A stretch of 63,353 bases of DNA, counting the filler, from Hausera hauseri (Eukaryota): the NCBI GenBank assembly GCA_046269625.1. It is 10 parts of 10 records of this genome, joined end to end, with 100 filler letters (N's around TTAATTAATTAA, not from the genome) between each part and the next. Parts side by side here need not be neighbours in the genome. Positions count along the whole stretch, not along the records: positions 7,605 to 14,403 come from JBJURY010064551.1; positions 14,504 to 22,641 come from JBJURY010753208.1; positions 22,742 to 28,808 come from JBJURY010145980.1; 7 more parts are not named here. One strand, written 5' to 3'. Position 1 is the stretch's first letter. Each line of letters begins with the position of its first letter. Of the stretch, positions 12,240 through 24,796 are shown one piece after another. The position numbers and the translations under genes are program-made. The notes below the pieces were generated by a model, which was not told where the DNA came from, made no database searches, and saw only the letters and a program-made list of their open reading frames with translations.

Positions 12240-13050
12240 TCTGGATACGGAGGTTGATTCATAAATTCCATTGCGGGATTTACTTCATTTCAAAAGTAAT
12301 AATAACTGGAACATTCTCAAACATTTCAGAGCAGAATTAGTTAAAACATCTGCATACATAGTATTTGAAAATTGAAAAATTGCAGAGTCACAGGTAGTCT
12401 TTCATACAGACTCATTGTTAGTAATGCATTTTCTCAAGAACCAGAAGAATCAAGACACAAATGACTTAACAGAAGTCTTACTATAGATCAGTACAGAGTT
12501 CAGTAAAATTGCTCTCCACTGGATATACACAGACTGCGGTTATTGGGCATTAAGGAGGCTGACATATTAGCAAAAGAGGGAATGTGTAACAATCAGGTAA
12601 CAGAATTTACTTATGAAGAAATGAAAACCATAGCAGGAAAAAAAAACATGGGCAAAACAACAGTCAACAGGAATGGCACAGTCAATGAACTGAACAGGAA
12701 AGATCAAATAATTATATGCAGATTGAGAACCTGGACACTGTAGACTGAAACTGAGAACTGGACACTGTAGACTGAAACTGACAGCTGGACACTGTAGACT
12801 GAAACACCACCTGTTCCACAAAAATGATAATTGGGCGCACAAATATTTGTCTATGTGGAGCTGATCAAAACACAGCACAGCATGTTCTCCAAAAATGTCA
12901 GCTACACGAATCAACGAGACAGAAATATGGTTATCCCCAAACACATCACAAGAGAAGTTATATTGTGAAAGGGAAAGACTTAGACAGACTGCCACATTTG
13001 TGAGAGAAATTCATCTCAATGTCCAAGCAAACAACAAGAAGGAAAAGAAG
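12240..13050 (+). mobile_element. Non-LTR retrotransposon 3' fragment (RNase H and C-terminal Cys/His motif)
   Basis: FHTDS..., LHWI...GIKEADILAKEG, LNRKDQIIICRLRT, CLCGADQNTAQHVLQKC. Includes a ~27-bp repeat x3 at about 12725-12805. Confidence 0.7.
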
Positions 13051-14403
13051 TCTAGACTTAATTTGAATCTTCTGTTCAGCCTATTACCCTTATCTGTCTA
13101 TTGTTGTGCCACTGGCTACAGTAGCCTTCTTGTCGCTCTGTCAGCTCACTAAATTCTTCTGACCTCATATACCACAGTATAAATATCAAAGTGTAGTCCT
13201 GACATCTTCACAGACAGTAGCTGTCATCTACATATACAGCCAGTCTTGACCTTCCAAAGCAACGTCATTGAGGCACTGAGAATACAGATGTGTATGGTGT
13301 TGTCACTGCAAGGATAAAACACTCACAGTTCCAAAATAAAACAAAAATGCCATGATATTACGAAGGCAGAAGGATGTTATGGTGTAAAGAAAAACTACCT
13401 ATCCCATTACTAATCTTACAAGAAATGCCTTATCCATTTATTTTATCCATGCCCTTGTTGAAAGTATTACATGGATATAATGCCTTGATCTTGCGGAACT
13501 GAAAGTGGATGAGAAAGCAGACAAGTGAGCAATGCGTATTGACAGTGAACAAGGCAGACATGATGCAGGATTTATCAGAGAGAGCATACAGGAATGTGGG
13601 AGATGATTGTATATATTAAAAGTGGTGATTGTTTCATGGTATGTCATATTGTAAGTGGTGATTGTTTCATGGTATGTCATACTGTGTTAGTGAGTTGTTG
13701 TTGTTTGATCTCCTCATCGCCAAGCTTCAGCTCTTCTTGATGAGCCCTGATAAGAAGGACGCAGGAGTAGTTGTGTTGAGTATTATTGCTGTCCCAGTGG
13801 AGTCTAGTAGGGTGGGCCAGGGTCCTCCAGGCTTTAGTGCAATGTTTTGCCTCCTAGAAGTGATCCACCTCTCATGTCGATCTTCCTAACGTTGGCCATA
13901 ATTTCTTCTGTTTCCATGACGCACTACGAGGAAGTTTTGGGAGGTCCTGGCCAGTATGTTGGCCCTGACCATGACTAGATCGTGAAGCGATCTCAGTCTC
14001 AGCGACCCTTAGACATTGCCAAAGTGATAGAGTTAGAAAATGATTTTGGATAATGCATATGCCGAGGAAGACACAGGACTTGCTGCCCCGTACGATCTAA
14101 AGCGACATAATACTATATACAATAGTGAGATGATCGGTATATACCCTGTATAATAGTTTATGACCGGTACAAACCATATACAATAATGACATGGGATGGA
14201 GGCGCTGTGTGGGCGGCGACCCATAGCCAAACCTGATATACAGTGCCAGGGTTGACGAACCAGATTCGGCCAAGATCCTCTACCAGGCGTCCCCGTTGTC
14301 GTCCTGGATAACGGTAGAGAAAACTGCTAGCTAACTGGTGGAGGCTTGAGGTGGTCTCTAGTTGAAAGGTTTATCACTTGTAGGAGGCCAAGCATTGCAC
14401 TAA

Positions 14404-14503
14404 NNNNNNNNNNNNNNNNNNNNNNNNNNNNNNNNNNNNNNNNNNNNTTAATTAATTAANNNNNNNNNNNNNNNNNNNNNNNNNNNNNNNNNNNNNNNNN
14501 NNN
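14404..14503. other. Artificial contig linker
   Basis: N44-TTAATTAATTAA-N44. Confidence 0.99.
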
Positions 14504-14719
14504 ATTGAGGAAGTTTTTCCCTCGCGTTGGCGTAAATTATAACGCTTGTTTGACCGTATTTCTGTCTTGACAACTCTGTACTGACACAACTTCTTCCTTT
14601 CCATTTTTGATAATGTACACTGTGATTGGAGTGACTTTGGTAACTTCGTGTGGTCCTCTGACTATGCGAGTTCATTTTAATGAGGTGCCTTTCTTGGCTA
14701 CTGGGTAATGTACATAGAC

Positions 14720-15680
14720 CAAATTTCATTGTTCTATATCATGCGGTTTTGCCTTCTTATCGTATTGTTTTCTAAATTGCTCCTGATAATCTTTTGATAA
14801 TTTTTTGGAGATTTTCCAACACCTTCTCAATCGGTTTGTAACACGTCTGCGAAATTTTTTTCTAAATCTTCGAGGTTAACCGTATATGGCGTCATTCCTA
14901 AGTCCGCGAGTAACACGGCTTCCCGTCCAGACATCATACAGAATGGGGTGAATCCTGTCGCTAAGTGTGGCGCAGTATTAATTGCGAATTGGGTTCCTTC
15001 TAAAACTTCGTCCCAATCCTTTTGGTCCTTTGCTACTACTGTTAGTAATAGGCGTATGACAGTGGCATTCATTCGCTTGACCATTCTGTTGCACTGAGGA
15101 TGATACGCGGTAGTTGTTAGTCGTTCAATTTTGAATATCTTAATGATTTTCTCGAATAGTTCTCTGGTGAAATTTCTTTCTCGATCTGTGAGTATCTGAT
15201 CTTGGGGCCCATATCGGCAAGTAATCCTTCTTACTACGGCTTCTACTAAAATTTCTGCCTTTTGATCAATTAATGATATCAACTCGACGAAATGAGTTAG
15301 TCAATCAATACACGTTAAAATATATTTATTGTTCTTGTGAGTCGTAGGAAGAGGTCCTAAGATATCCATCGATATGGCTTGCATAGGCCTGTCGGTACAT
15401 GAATTGGTTTTAGTTCGTCCATATAATTTTTCGTCTTCTTTTGTTTAGTTGCACATACTTTGCAAGCATTTACCCAATTTTTCACATCAATATAGATACT
15501 AGGCCAGAAATATTTATTTATTATTCTTTCTAATGTTTTCTTCTAGAACATGTGTCCTGCCAAATATGAATCGTGTTCTGACATTAGTACTTCAGTTCGT
15601 AAACCTTTTGGAATAACTACAAGTTTCTTTCCTTTCCGTTCGTAATATAAAATATCTTCATTGCTCTTGTCATTTAAGAC
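14720..15680 (-). pseudogene. pol: Gypsy integrase (HHCC and DDE core)
   Basis: LAGH...YFWPSIYIDVKNWVNACKVC; ILTDRERNF; TTAYHPQCNRMVKRMN; FAINTAPH. Confidence 0.93.
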
Positions 15681-16325
15681 TCAATATTTATGTCCGTGTC
15701 TGTGTAAATGTTTCTTTAACTGTCGTCCTTTTGGTATGACATCTTTCTTAGCAAATTCTATAATCTGCTGGATGATCTTATCCTTTCTTTGTTTTGTTGA
15801 AATTTTAATGGCCTTATCTATCGTTAAAGCGCGTTGGCGGTCTATTATTTCCTCAAGTTGACTCTTCCTTATTACAGTGATTGCGCTTGTTTTCGTCTTT
15901 AATCTCGATATTGCATCTGCGTCTACATGTTTGTTTCCCGGCTTATATTGGAATTCAATATTATATCTCGATATCTCTTCGATCCATCTATTGAGTCTAC
16001 ATGTCGGATTATTTACTCGGCCCTTCAAGGTCGTAACGGCCTTGTGATCAGTGACGATTATGATTTTCTGCCAGTATACATAAACGTTGGAGTGGCGAAG
16101 AGCCTCTTTTACAGCTGGAGTTTCCAATTCGGTAACAGAATAGTTTTTCTCGGCCTTCTTCAAGGAACGTCCTCCATAAGCAATCGGGTGCTCTAATTCT
16201 TCATCTTCCTTTTTCTGTGCTAGTTCATAACCAATGCCTTCTTTACGGGCGTCTGTCTTGATTATAAAAGGTAAGTTAAAATCTGGATACCGTAAAACCG
16301 GTTCGCTTGTTAATATCTTTTTCAT
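15681..16325 (-). pseudogene. pol: Gypsy RNase H
   Basis: PVLRYPDFNLPFIIKTDA, AEKNYSVTELE, VTDHKA, HVDADAISR. Confidence 0.95.
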
Positions 16326-16345
16326 CTTATCAAAAGCTTTCTGTT

Positions 16346-17146
16346 CTACGTCCGTCTATTTCCATTTAATTCATTTTTTAAGTAGACGATATAAAGTGCG
16401 TTTATCTTCGAATTATCCGGCACATAGGTTGCGTAGTAACCGTATAACCATAGCCAGTGCCTTAATTCTTTTTGGTTTTGTGGTTCCATGCAATCTGATA
16501 TTTTATTTAATAACGATTTATCTGGTCTCGATGCTCCTTCTCCAACTATATGGCCAAGGTAGGACACAGCATTTTGAGCCCACTTGCATTACTTTGGATT
16601 TAATTTCAATCCAGCTTGTTCCAATCTCATCAGTGTGTGTTTGATATCCTTTAAGTGTTCCTCTTCGTTTTTTGACGCTGTCATTACGTCGTCCAAGTAC
16701 GCAAAAGCGTGATCCAGTAACATTAACATTTTATTCATCATCCTCGTAAATATGGCTGGTCCAGTAGTAATGCCAAACGGAATGACATTAAATTTATAAA
16801 CGCCATCGTGTGTTTTAAATGCTGTTTTATAGCGATCTTCGTCCTCAATCTCCACTTGCCAATATCCGGATTGTAAGTTCAGAGTGGTAAATCATTTTGC
16901 TCCTGAGAGTCGGTCTAAAGCTTTTTTTACTGACGGTAATGGGAAAGAATCTTTCATCATAAGATTATTTAGGGCTCTGTAATCGATACAAAATCGATGT
17001 TTTGTAGTACCTTTCTTTTTAACCATGAGGATTGGTGAATACCAAGATCTATAGCTGGGCCTAATTATATCGGCCTTAAGCATTCGTTCAACTTCCTTTG
17101 TTATCTCGGACCTTAGAGAATGTGGCGGAGGGTACCATTTTGGCAT
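16346..17146 (-). pseudogene. pol: Gypsy reverse transcriptase
   Basis: RFCIDYRALN, KTAFKTHDGVYKFNVIPFG, AYLDDV, SYLGHIV. Confidence 0.96.
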
Positions 17147-17539
17147 CTTCTGATCTTCAAGATCTATTTCCTCATTTGAACTCGGCTTTTTCTTGAATGG
17201 AATGGTTAGTTTTAACGCTTTCGCTCTACCGATATCTTTTTAGTCCTTAGCGATGATAGATTTATAACGGCACAACCATTCATAAAATCGACAATATGAT
17301 TCGGGGAAAAACTTAGTTTCGACATGCGGTGGAAATTCGGCGTACTTGTACGGTTTCTCTTTGATAGTTATCGACGATACTCTATACGTGTCTCCTAAAG
17401 TCGTATAAGCATGAAGTTTAACGGAAGTCTGCGCATTATCAGCTATTCTGATCGGCACTTGACCGGAGTGTACTCTTGTTAATACATTGCTGAGTAATAC
17501 ATTGTGGTCTAACGTATCTCTTGGTTCAAAATATACTGG

Positions 17540-18118
17540 TTAATTGTCATCTTGCTGTATCTGGGCATAAATTATTATTTCTGTTTTATGTGGAATATTT
17601 TCGTCAACTGGTATCCACACTTCTCCAAATTTTCTATCTTTGGCGTTTTTCACGCCTTTATTTGGTCTGATTTCGATTAACTTCCCTGTTTGTAAGTCAA
17701 TTTCTATATTTGGTAGTCTTTTCAGTAAATCACATCCTAAAACTACGTCGTCGGTTAATTGCTCTATAACTGCAAACTCGTGATGGAAAAACTGTCCAAC
17801 TATTTGAACTTCTGGGTTCCATTTAAACATTGGTTTTGGCATTTGACAAAAAGCTCCTGTACTTCCTGGATCTTTCGTAAACGGTGGGTACAATTGTCCT
17901 CTCAGGGTTTGAGGTATTAAATCATTTTTGATGTAAGACATCTCGGATCCTGTATCGATTAAGACGTAAACTTCCCAATCTTCGATAGTGATTTTGGCGG
18001 AAGGTCTTCCTTCTATCACTGTCCCGAAACAGGTCGATGTATCCTTTAAGCTTTTCAGCGCCGATATTTTATGTCCATTGATTCGGATTTCGGGTGACGA
18101 TACTATATTTTCCGACAA
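17540..18118 (-). pseudogene. pol: Retropepsin aspartic protease and linker
   Basis: VLIDTGSEMSYI catalytic motif; DDVVLGCDLL. Confidence 0.9.
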
Positions 18119-18699
18119 TTAACTTAGTTTTTCGTTTGGATATAATTCGTTGTTTTCTACGTGGAATTCTTCCGTTTCATGTGTACTAATTAACGGTTCT
18201 CTATTGTTAGTATATAATTTTAGTATTCTGGAAGGCTTTTAGTCGTTGGTTGTCCCAAACTGTTGATCTAGTTTCGATATTCTTAGGTTCTCTCGGTGAG
18301 TACAGCATTTTGAGGTCATCTGTGGATTGTCGGTAGCACATTTTCCGTAGAATTCCGTAACGTTTTGTTCCCTCATAAGGATCTTCTACATTAATTGTTC
18401 TTTTATATATTTCCGTCTGGTATGAGCTCATTGATCGTTTGTCACAATCCTCACAGAATGGAGCGGTAGGAGGTAACATGGGTAATAACACTTTAATGAT
18501 AGAGTATGTCTTGTATCGTCTTGTTCTTGAAAGTGCTTCTCCTCCATTAGGCTCGTAATCATCTGAATTATTTCTTCGCGTAATGGGTTTTGTAAATTTT
18601 TGCTTCCGTAGGTATATAGGCCTTCCTTTTCGTTTACGATTATGATAGCCGACATGGCGTTCTACGTCCGATTTCCACCTATTGTCTTCGTATGCTTTC

Positions 18700-20520
18700 A
18701 AGAATTTTCCAAAAGGCGTTATGATCGCAGTTAAGATTTTGCAAGAGACTCCGGTCAACGTAAATATTTCATACCCATTTATCACGGCTTAAATAACTGC
18801 GTTGATCATTTGTATCAGAAAATATATAGCTAAGAATCCGGATGCGGCTTGTCCAAATATCAAAAATCTTCCCCAAATTTCTGTGGTTACTGGCTGATAA
18901 TGATTTACGCCAAGTAAAGATTCCCATTTCGCCTAATATCGTGTATCATCTACTATAGAAGCCATAGCTCGATTTAACTCGTGTGTTCGTTGTCGTGGAA
19001 AGGCAAGGAATTGTCTAAAAGCCTCCATTTCCTTCGGCTTGTATATATCTTTTGATGAGGTGTCTTGAAATTTATCGTCTGTAATTCCTTTCGCAAGATT
19101 TGTTCCTGTCAATTTATTTAGAGCGGCAATAATACCTCTATTTGGCAAGCTGACCCAATCTGTTTCATTACGTCTAAACATAGGTTTTCCTAAGCTTGCC
19201 TTACAATTTTTAAGGATGGTCGGTTGGGTAGCGTTATTCAATAACCCTCTCGTCAGCGATGTAGCTAATCTCGGATTATTTTGGTAAATAACAGGAAGTT
19301 CCTGAATGCAACGTTTTCCTTCCACGTTGATGGGCACATCTCTCTTTTCACATTCATAAGTTAGCAATACTTCGCCTGTTACCCGACCGAAAATTCCTTC
19401 TCTCATAGGAATTATTGGTGAAGCCAACTCTGGTTTGGCGTATATGAGAGCCAATTATGTTCTCATAATTTTGGTATCTAATTTGCAGTCATTCATTATC
19501 ATTTTGTAATATAATTCCGTTATTCCGACTTGTCCTTTGTAGTAAAAGTAATCATTTCTATTCTTCAGGTAATCTTCGATGCGGACATCCTGTGTTTCTA
19601 GCTTATAAGTTTTCGCACTTATCGCCATCTCTGCGACGAAAAACGCCACATAGTTCGTAGCAAACATCACTACATCATAGCGGAAAATCATCTCTTTTTT
19701 AATAATTGTTAATCCATGCTGATCCGAGATTAATATAGTAGGTGTATAGTGTTCTGATACATCCTCACGTGTCTTCGAATTGGTTTCTGATTTGTCCACA
19801 TATCTCTTTCCTGTAGTCTCATTGAACTTTAGTTCTTTAATTTTAATAAAATTACAATTTCTTCCAGAGGAGGTTCCCATATTATAACGGAGTTCCTAAA
19901 AGCACAGGTTCCGTCTTGTAAATGACATTTTTGATTTTCTGTATATAGTTTGGTGACACTATGGAACATTACTTTCTGTGATCACATTTCCGATTCGTTA
20001 AAATCCACAACCACCACGTTTGATTCTAATCCTTTTCCGGTATCATATTCTGCTCCATTACAGTGTCCGCTATGCATATCTAATCTTCCGGCTACCACTT
20101 TGTATGTCCTGATTGTTTTTCCCGGTTGCATCTACAATTGCATACTGTCCCATTGTATTCTTCCCGTTTCTTTGGCTTGCTTGTAGCGTTGGCGTTCTAA
20201 ATTCATCGAAATTAGTGGAGTTGTTGGCTTGATTATAGAGGAATGTCCGTGTACTAATCCACAGTGAAAAATGTTTCGTGATCGTCTCAGCATGCATTCC
20301 ATCCCATCCAACGATATCTGTTTTTGTTGTTGGTATAAGAAGTAGTTTTTCTCCTTTGTCTCCAACTTGTGTTTTCTGGCATCTTCGCATGCTTCCAAAT
20401 CCATTAGGGAATATCTCTATCCTAATTTAAACTTATCGCAGTCGTAGATGGTTACAGCGCCTATGTGCTTTATTAGCATCATCAAGGTGAGTAAGCTAAT
20501 TAGCCAATTCGGTTCTATTT
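18700..20520 (-). pseudogene. env: Chuvirus-like (class III, gB-type) envelope glycoprotein with internal signal peptide and C-terminal TM segments
   Basis: NWLISLLTLMMLIKHIGA|VTIYDC..YSLMDLEAC..ECMLRRSRNIFHCGLVHGH; ELYYKMIMNDCKLD..GEVLLTYECEKRDV..CIQELPVIY; IYKPKEMEAFRQFLAFP; WGRFLIFGQAASGFLAIYFLIQ..INGYEIFTLTGVSCKILTAI. The motif series matches recalled chuviral G. Confidence 0.85.
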
Positions 20521-22641
20521 TCCGGCATCCAACGTCCGCCGCTGTCAAATTACGTAACATATCGTCGAATTTATTATTGTTTCGTTTGTCTTCTTCCTTG
20601 TCAAATAGTCTTGACCAATTTACTTCGCAGGGCAATCTTTTTGCTGCTTTTTGTGCTAAGCTTATAGCTCTATTGATTTCATTCTCTCGATTAGGATTTA
20701 TTTTGATGACTAAGTATAGTAGTATTTTCTTAATTCATCATTGGTGTTCTCTATCATATTCTTTTCGATTACCGATTTGTCGGTTAAGTTGCTTTTTGAT
20801 AGTTTAAAACGTGAACTTCTCATCATTTTGGCCGCATCAAAAATTATCTTTTCTTTATCGTCTAATACATCACCTCGAAGGCTTGAATAATTTACAATTC
20901 GTATCAGATTCTTCATTAGCTCGTTTATTTCTTCATTATCTGTGCTAAAGTTGGAATTGACATTTGTCTCAATTCTCTAATCAATTCTTCGTTGTAGTCT
21001 ACTTCTTCTCGCGTTTTCTTGCGCCTACCGATTTGACGTTTCGGCCTTGGCCCTTTGGTGGTCATTTCGCTCAATGGTACTAAATTTATATCATATTGTT
21101 CCTTATCTTCATCCGTTTGTAAATACTCGAAATACATTGCAGCATCTCGGACTCCCATAATTTGTCCTACGCATTGTTCCTCTTTAGCCTTACGTGTGGC
21201 TTCTTTTTTTGTCTGTTTGTTAGCTATTATTGCTGCTATCCGGTTTGTTTCGTCGGCGATAATCCCGACATCTATTAGCTGTTCTAGGTCGTCAAGTATT
21301 CTACCTCTAAAGTAAAATCTGTAATTTAGATCATTTGTTCCACCATTGTTTAACAACCATTCTTTTACATTTTTACATAGAAATATGTAGTCAACTCACA
21401 TTCTTTTTTATCCATCTACTCGGATGATATTATTACTTTCATCGCTACCTCAGGTTTAGTCCTTAAAATTTTGACGTATTTCGTTATCAACAGTTTCGGC
21501 ACCGTGCTATAAATTGTGTTCTCATTAGACAATTTAGTTAAAGTTGGAATAAGTCGTCTTAATTTATTTTCAGTAATATTTACATAAATTAGTTCGATTA
21601 AATCTTTTTCAGTTAGCGCTGAATCCAGGAGCATCTCCACATTGAACCTCCTGTTCTACGGGCACGTTTCTATTTCATTTAATTGCACTGGGGTAATAGG
21701 TTTCTCAGCACGTATCGCATCGAAGTATGCATCCCATTCGGGTTCGTTTTCAGCATCTGGAAGTCCGTAATCCACTAAGACAGTATTTATTCTTTGCACA
21801 TTTTCTCGAATTTGTTTCAGTCTGGGCTGTATTTCTTTCATCTGCGTAGTACGGAAACCTACTCCGTTTCCACAGGCATACTGAATCATTTTTAGTAATT
21901 CGTCTAATTTATTAGGGTCGATCAGTCCCTTCTGATGATAATCTGTCAATTCAAGAATCACATCCTTTTGCCATCTTTGTACAAATTCTCGCTTATTTTT
22001 GATTTCTGATTCTGTAAAAGCATATTTATTTCTGTAGACTTCGAACTCCTTTGTTAGTTCATCTAGACTCGTTGCTCTTTGTTTTGTTTTGATGCACGTT
22101 TCTTCAACTTGCTGTAATTTTGGCATCAGTTGTCTCATCCTCTCGTCATTAATTTCCGCCATTTCTACCAATAGGTAGGCTAACCCATACATGTCATTTA
22201 TAATTTTTGAGTCGTGATCTATCGCGCCTGACAATTTCTTTACAAAATTAGATTCCTGAAAACTAATATGCTGATCATTTCTTATTTTTATCAATTCGGT
22301 ATGAAAGTTCTGATTTGATACAGCCATCTATTCTTGGTGTTTATGTAAAAATTTTATCGTGTCCGTTAAGGTGGCTCGGTGTTCCGGACAAATGTCCAGG
22401 TTTTCGATATCTTGGACAGAGATCTCATCGATCGGTTTATCTGTCAAATATTGAACTTCTTCTAATCGGACATTTTTCAATCGCGGATAAAAATTGCAAG
22501 TCATATTTCGCTTTTCGGTAAATTTTGTCTCTTTGATCATTTCATAGATCTCTTCCAGTATCGTCGCTTCTTGTTTCTTTTTCATAAAATTAAGTCGTCA
22601 TAATGCCTCAAATCGCGTGCGGATGTCTATCGCTGCTAGTA
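20520..22641 (-). pseudogene. Accessory polyprotein region of unknown function (SAM-like, helical and ubiquitin-like segments)
   Basis: Homologous to 47790-48905 (+) and 56918-57963 (-); EISVQDIENLDICPEHRATLTDTIKFL; YRFYFRGRILDDLEQLIDVGI. Confidence 0.7.
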
Positions 22642-22741
22642 NNNNNNNNNNNNNNNNNNNNNNNNNNNNNNNNNNNNNNNNNNNNTTAATTAATTAANNN
22701 NNNNNNNNNNNNNNNNNNNNNNNNNNNNNNNNNNNNNNNNN
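22642..22741. other. Artificial contig linker
   Basis: N44-TTAATTAATTAA-N44. Confidence 0.99.
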
Positions 22742-24796
22742 CTTATGGCGCACTATTCTACTTGATTTCCCGATAAGTTACTGTTTGTCAAAGTAAGTTT
22801 TAACAATCGATTCACCTGTTTATTGCACAGCATAATGATTCCATATTTCATTTCGATAAAAGACGCTGAATAAACAATCCCGACATGCATTAACAAAAAC
22901 GTGATCAGATGTACAGTCTGAACTTAATCTTAAAACTGTATTTCCATACCGATAAATAAATGCTTTCAAAATGTCTGTTTCTTCACTTGAAAAGTAACGT
23001 CTGCTCATGAAAAATTATTTGACAGACTTTGTGATTTAACCGGATGCCGTTTGTCATAATTTTAATTATGATAATAGGGGACATTTGATGGCTGAGATTT
23101 GTTAATAACATATAACAATGCATAACTGCGTCTCATTTCTAAAAGTACAATATCAGGTATTGTAGATAACAGTTGAGTAATGTATGTTAAATGTGTTGGT
23201 GGCTTATGAGTAAATTTGAATTACATTTCATCGAATAATAATAATTAAAGTAAATAAATGAATTATCAGTCGTACGAATTCTAAATGAAAAATAAACAAG
23301 CAATAAAAACAGATGTTTATATTGGCACATTGAAAATATTAACTCACTAGTTCAGTTATAAGCCGCCAGGGGTTTCTTCCACACACAAACACACAGGAAG
23401 GATAAACAGGCAGCCCAGATGACAGGGAACAAAAACAACCACCAGCTAAAAAAGGAGATCATATGGTCGTTTCAGTTATTTTAAAAGGAAATAGTTTTTT
23501 CTAGGACATGCATGCATACAGTACAGTTGTGGTTCACTTAGACTGTGAGAGAGCAGGAAGGATAAATGGGGCAACACAAAAAAGGATTTATCAACTCATG
23601 TACACAGAAGTATCTCAAGAGGTGTGAAGAAAGTGAGATCCGCAGAGAGGAAGGAAGGGGGTGCATGGGAAGAAAGAGTCCCACTGTAGTGGGGAAACGT
23701 TCCCATAGCTGCTGTCGTGGTTCTTCCCACCACAACTCTTATTATGATCTGGAGGGGAGTTCTGGCCACGACCCGTGTGGTCGCTGCTACAGTCTGACCC
23801 AGTCCAGATGGCCTCTTCTCCATCCCACTCTGGCTCTGTCAACAACTGCTGGGAACGTGCCCGACGTCCAGCACAGCTAATGGGCTGTCGAGGACACAAT
23901 GTTTCTCAAACCATCAGAAAAAGAATGACCCGAATATCACTGACAGAGGAAAAGACAAATAAATCAGTTTTGGAAGAAGTTGATATGATAACAATAATAC
24001 TTTCCAATGTAATAATACATCATGTACTTATGAATAATCACATGTAAAGTATCGATCAATAAAATACTTGCTCGATACCTTAATACATGCATATTGTACA
24101 TTAAGTATTCAAACCGACTTAACCTGGTCATGAGTTCTTTCAGCATTGTATTTTTAATTGCAACTAGAATCCTTCGAATGTGTATCAATGATTATGGTAT
24201 TTTATTATGTTTAAGTTTAATGTAAATACATTTATGATAATTTTACATGAGTTACTCATCGTTACGCATCAATATAGAATACAAATAATAATTTTCAAAG
24301 TCCTGCGGCAAAGTATAGTAAAAAAATTATTTGACTACTTCTATTTATTGCATCTTTGTAGGAGCAACATTTGATCGCTAATCAGAATCATTAGCCCAAA
24401 CATTTTTGAAAGATAGCCTACCGAACTGACTATCCGTGATAATTCGGCTGAAACAGACAAACTAGGGTGGTTTGATTATATTTGTGATCACCTTCTCTAA
24501 TTATGATTAAATACAGAAATTTTCCTTACTTGAATTAGTAAATACTGAACAAATTTCAATTGAATTTGATGTTCTGTGCTCACATCTACTGTTGTAGACT
24601 GGGCATCAAAATCAGGAAAATGTTACATAGAATTGATACAACTTAACATTTTGCAGGAATATATCGATATAACCTCTTGTTATATTAATAAGTGGATTGT
24701 TAATTTGTTTAAATAATTGAGTTTTCGAAAAATTTAGTTTCCAAATTCAGCCTTTCTTTTTCTTACAATACAAATTGACGTCACGAGCAGTTCAGA

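Larger units (their letters stand above)
14504..22641 (-). mobile_element. Ty3/gypsy element copy 1: accessory region, chuvirus-like glycoprotein, PR-RT-RH-IN (decayed)
   Basis: Abutting minus-strand ORF pieces in that order; collinear with contig I and overlapping contig H. Confidence 0.93.

Noticed and set aside
12725-12805. ~27-bp repeat x3 that could suggest a CRISPR-like array
   Set aside because: Head-to-tail with no unique spacers, inside a LINE fragment; slippage duplication.
13620-13682. 33-bp tandem duplication (also a short duplication at about 7258-7341)
   Set aside because: Ordinary local duplications with no further structure.
13890-14403. GC-richer stretch that may be an LTR or other repeat (similarly 23360-23900)
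   Set aside because: No termini, second copy or coding motif that I could verify.
17240-17600. Beta-rich segment between protease and RT as an extra enzyme domain
   Set aside because: Resembles the common gypsy PR-RT linker; no catalytic dUTPase motifs visible.
18700-20520. Stand-alone endogenous chuvirus insertion
   Set aside because: No chuviral L or N sequence nearby, and the glycoprotein sits at the same position in two diverged retroelement copies.
14504-22641. Alternative genetic code or programmed readthrough as the explanation for in-frame stops
   Set aside because: Stops of all three types plus frameshifts occur at different positions in copies C, H and I, as expected for neutral decay.
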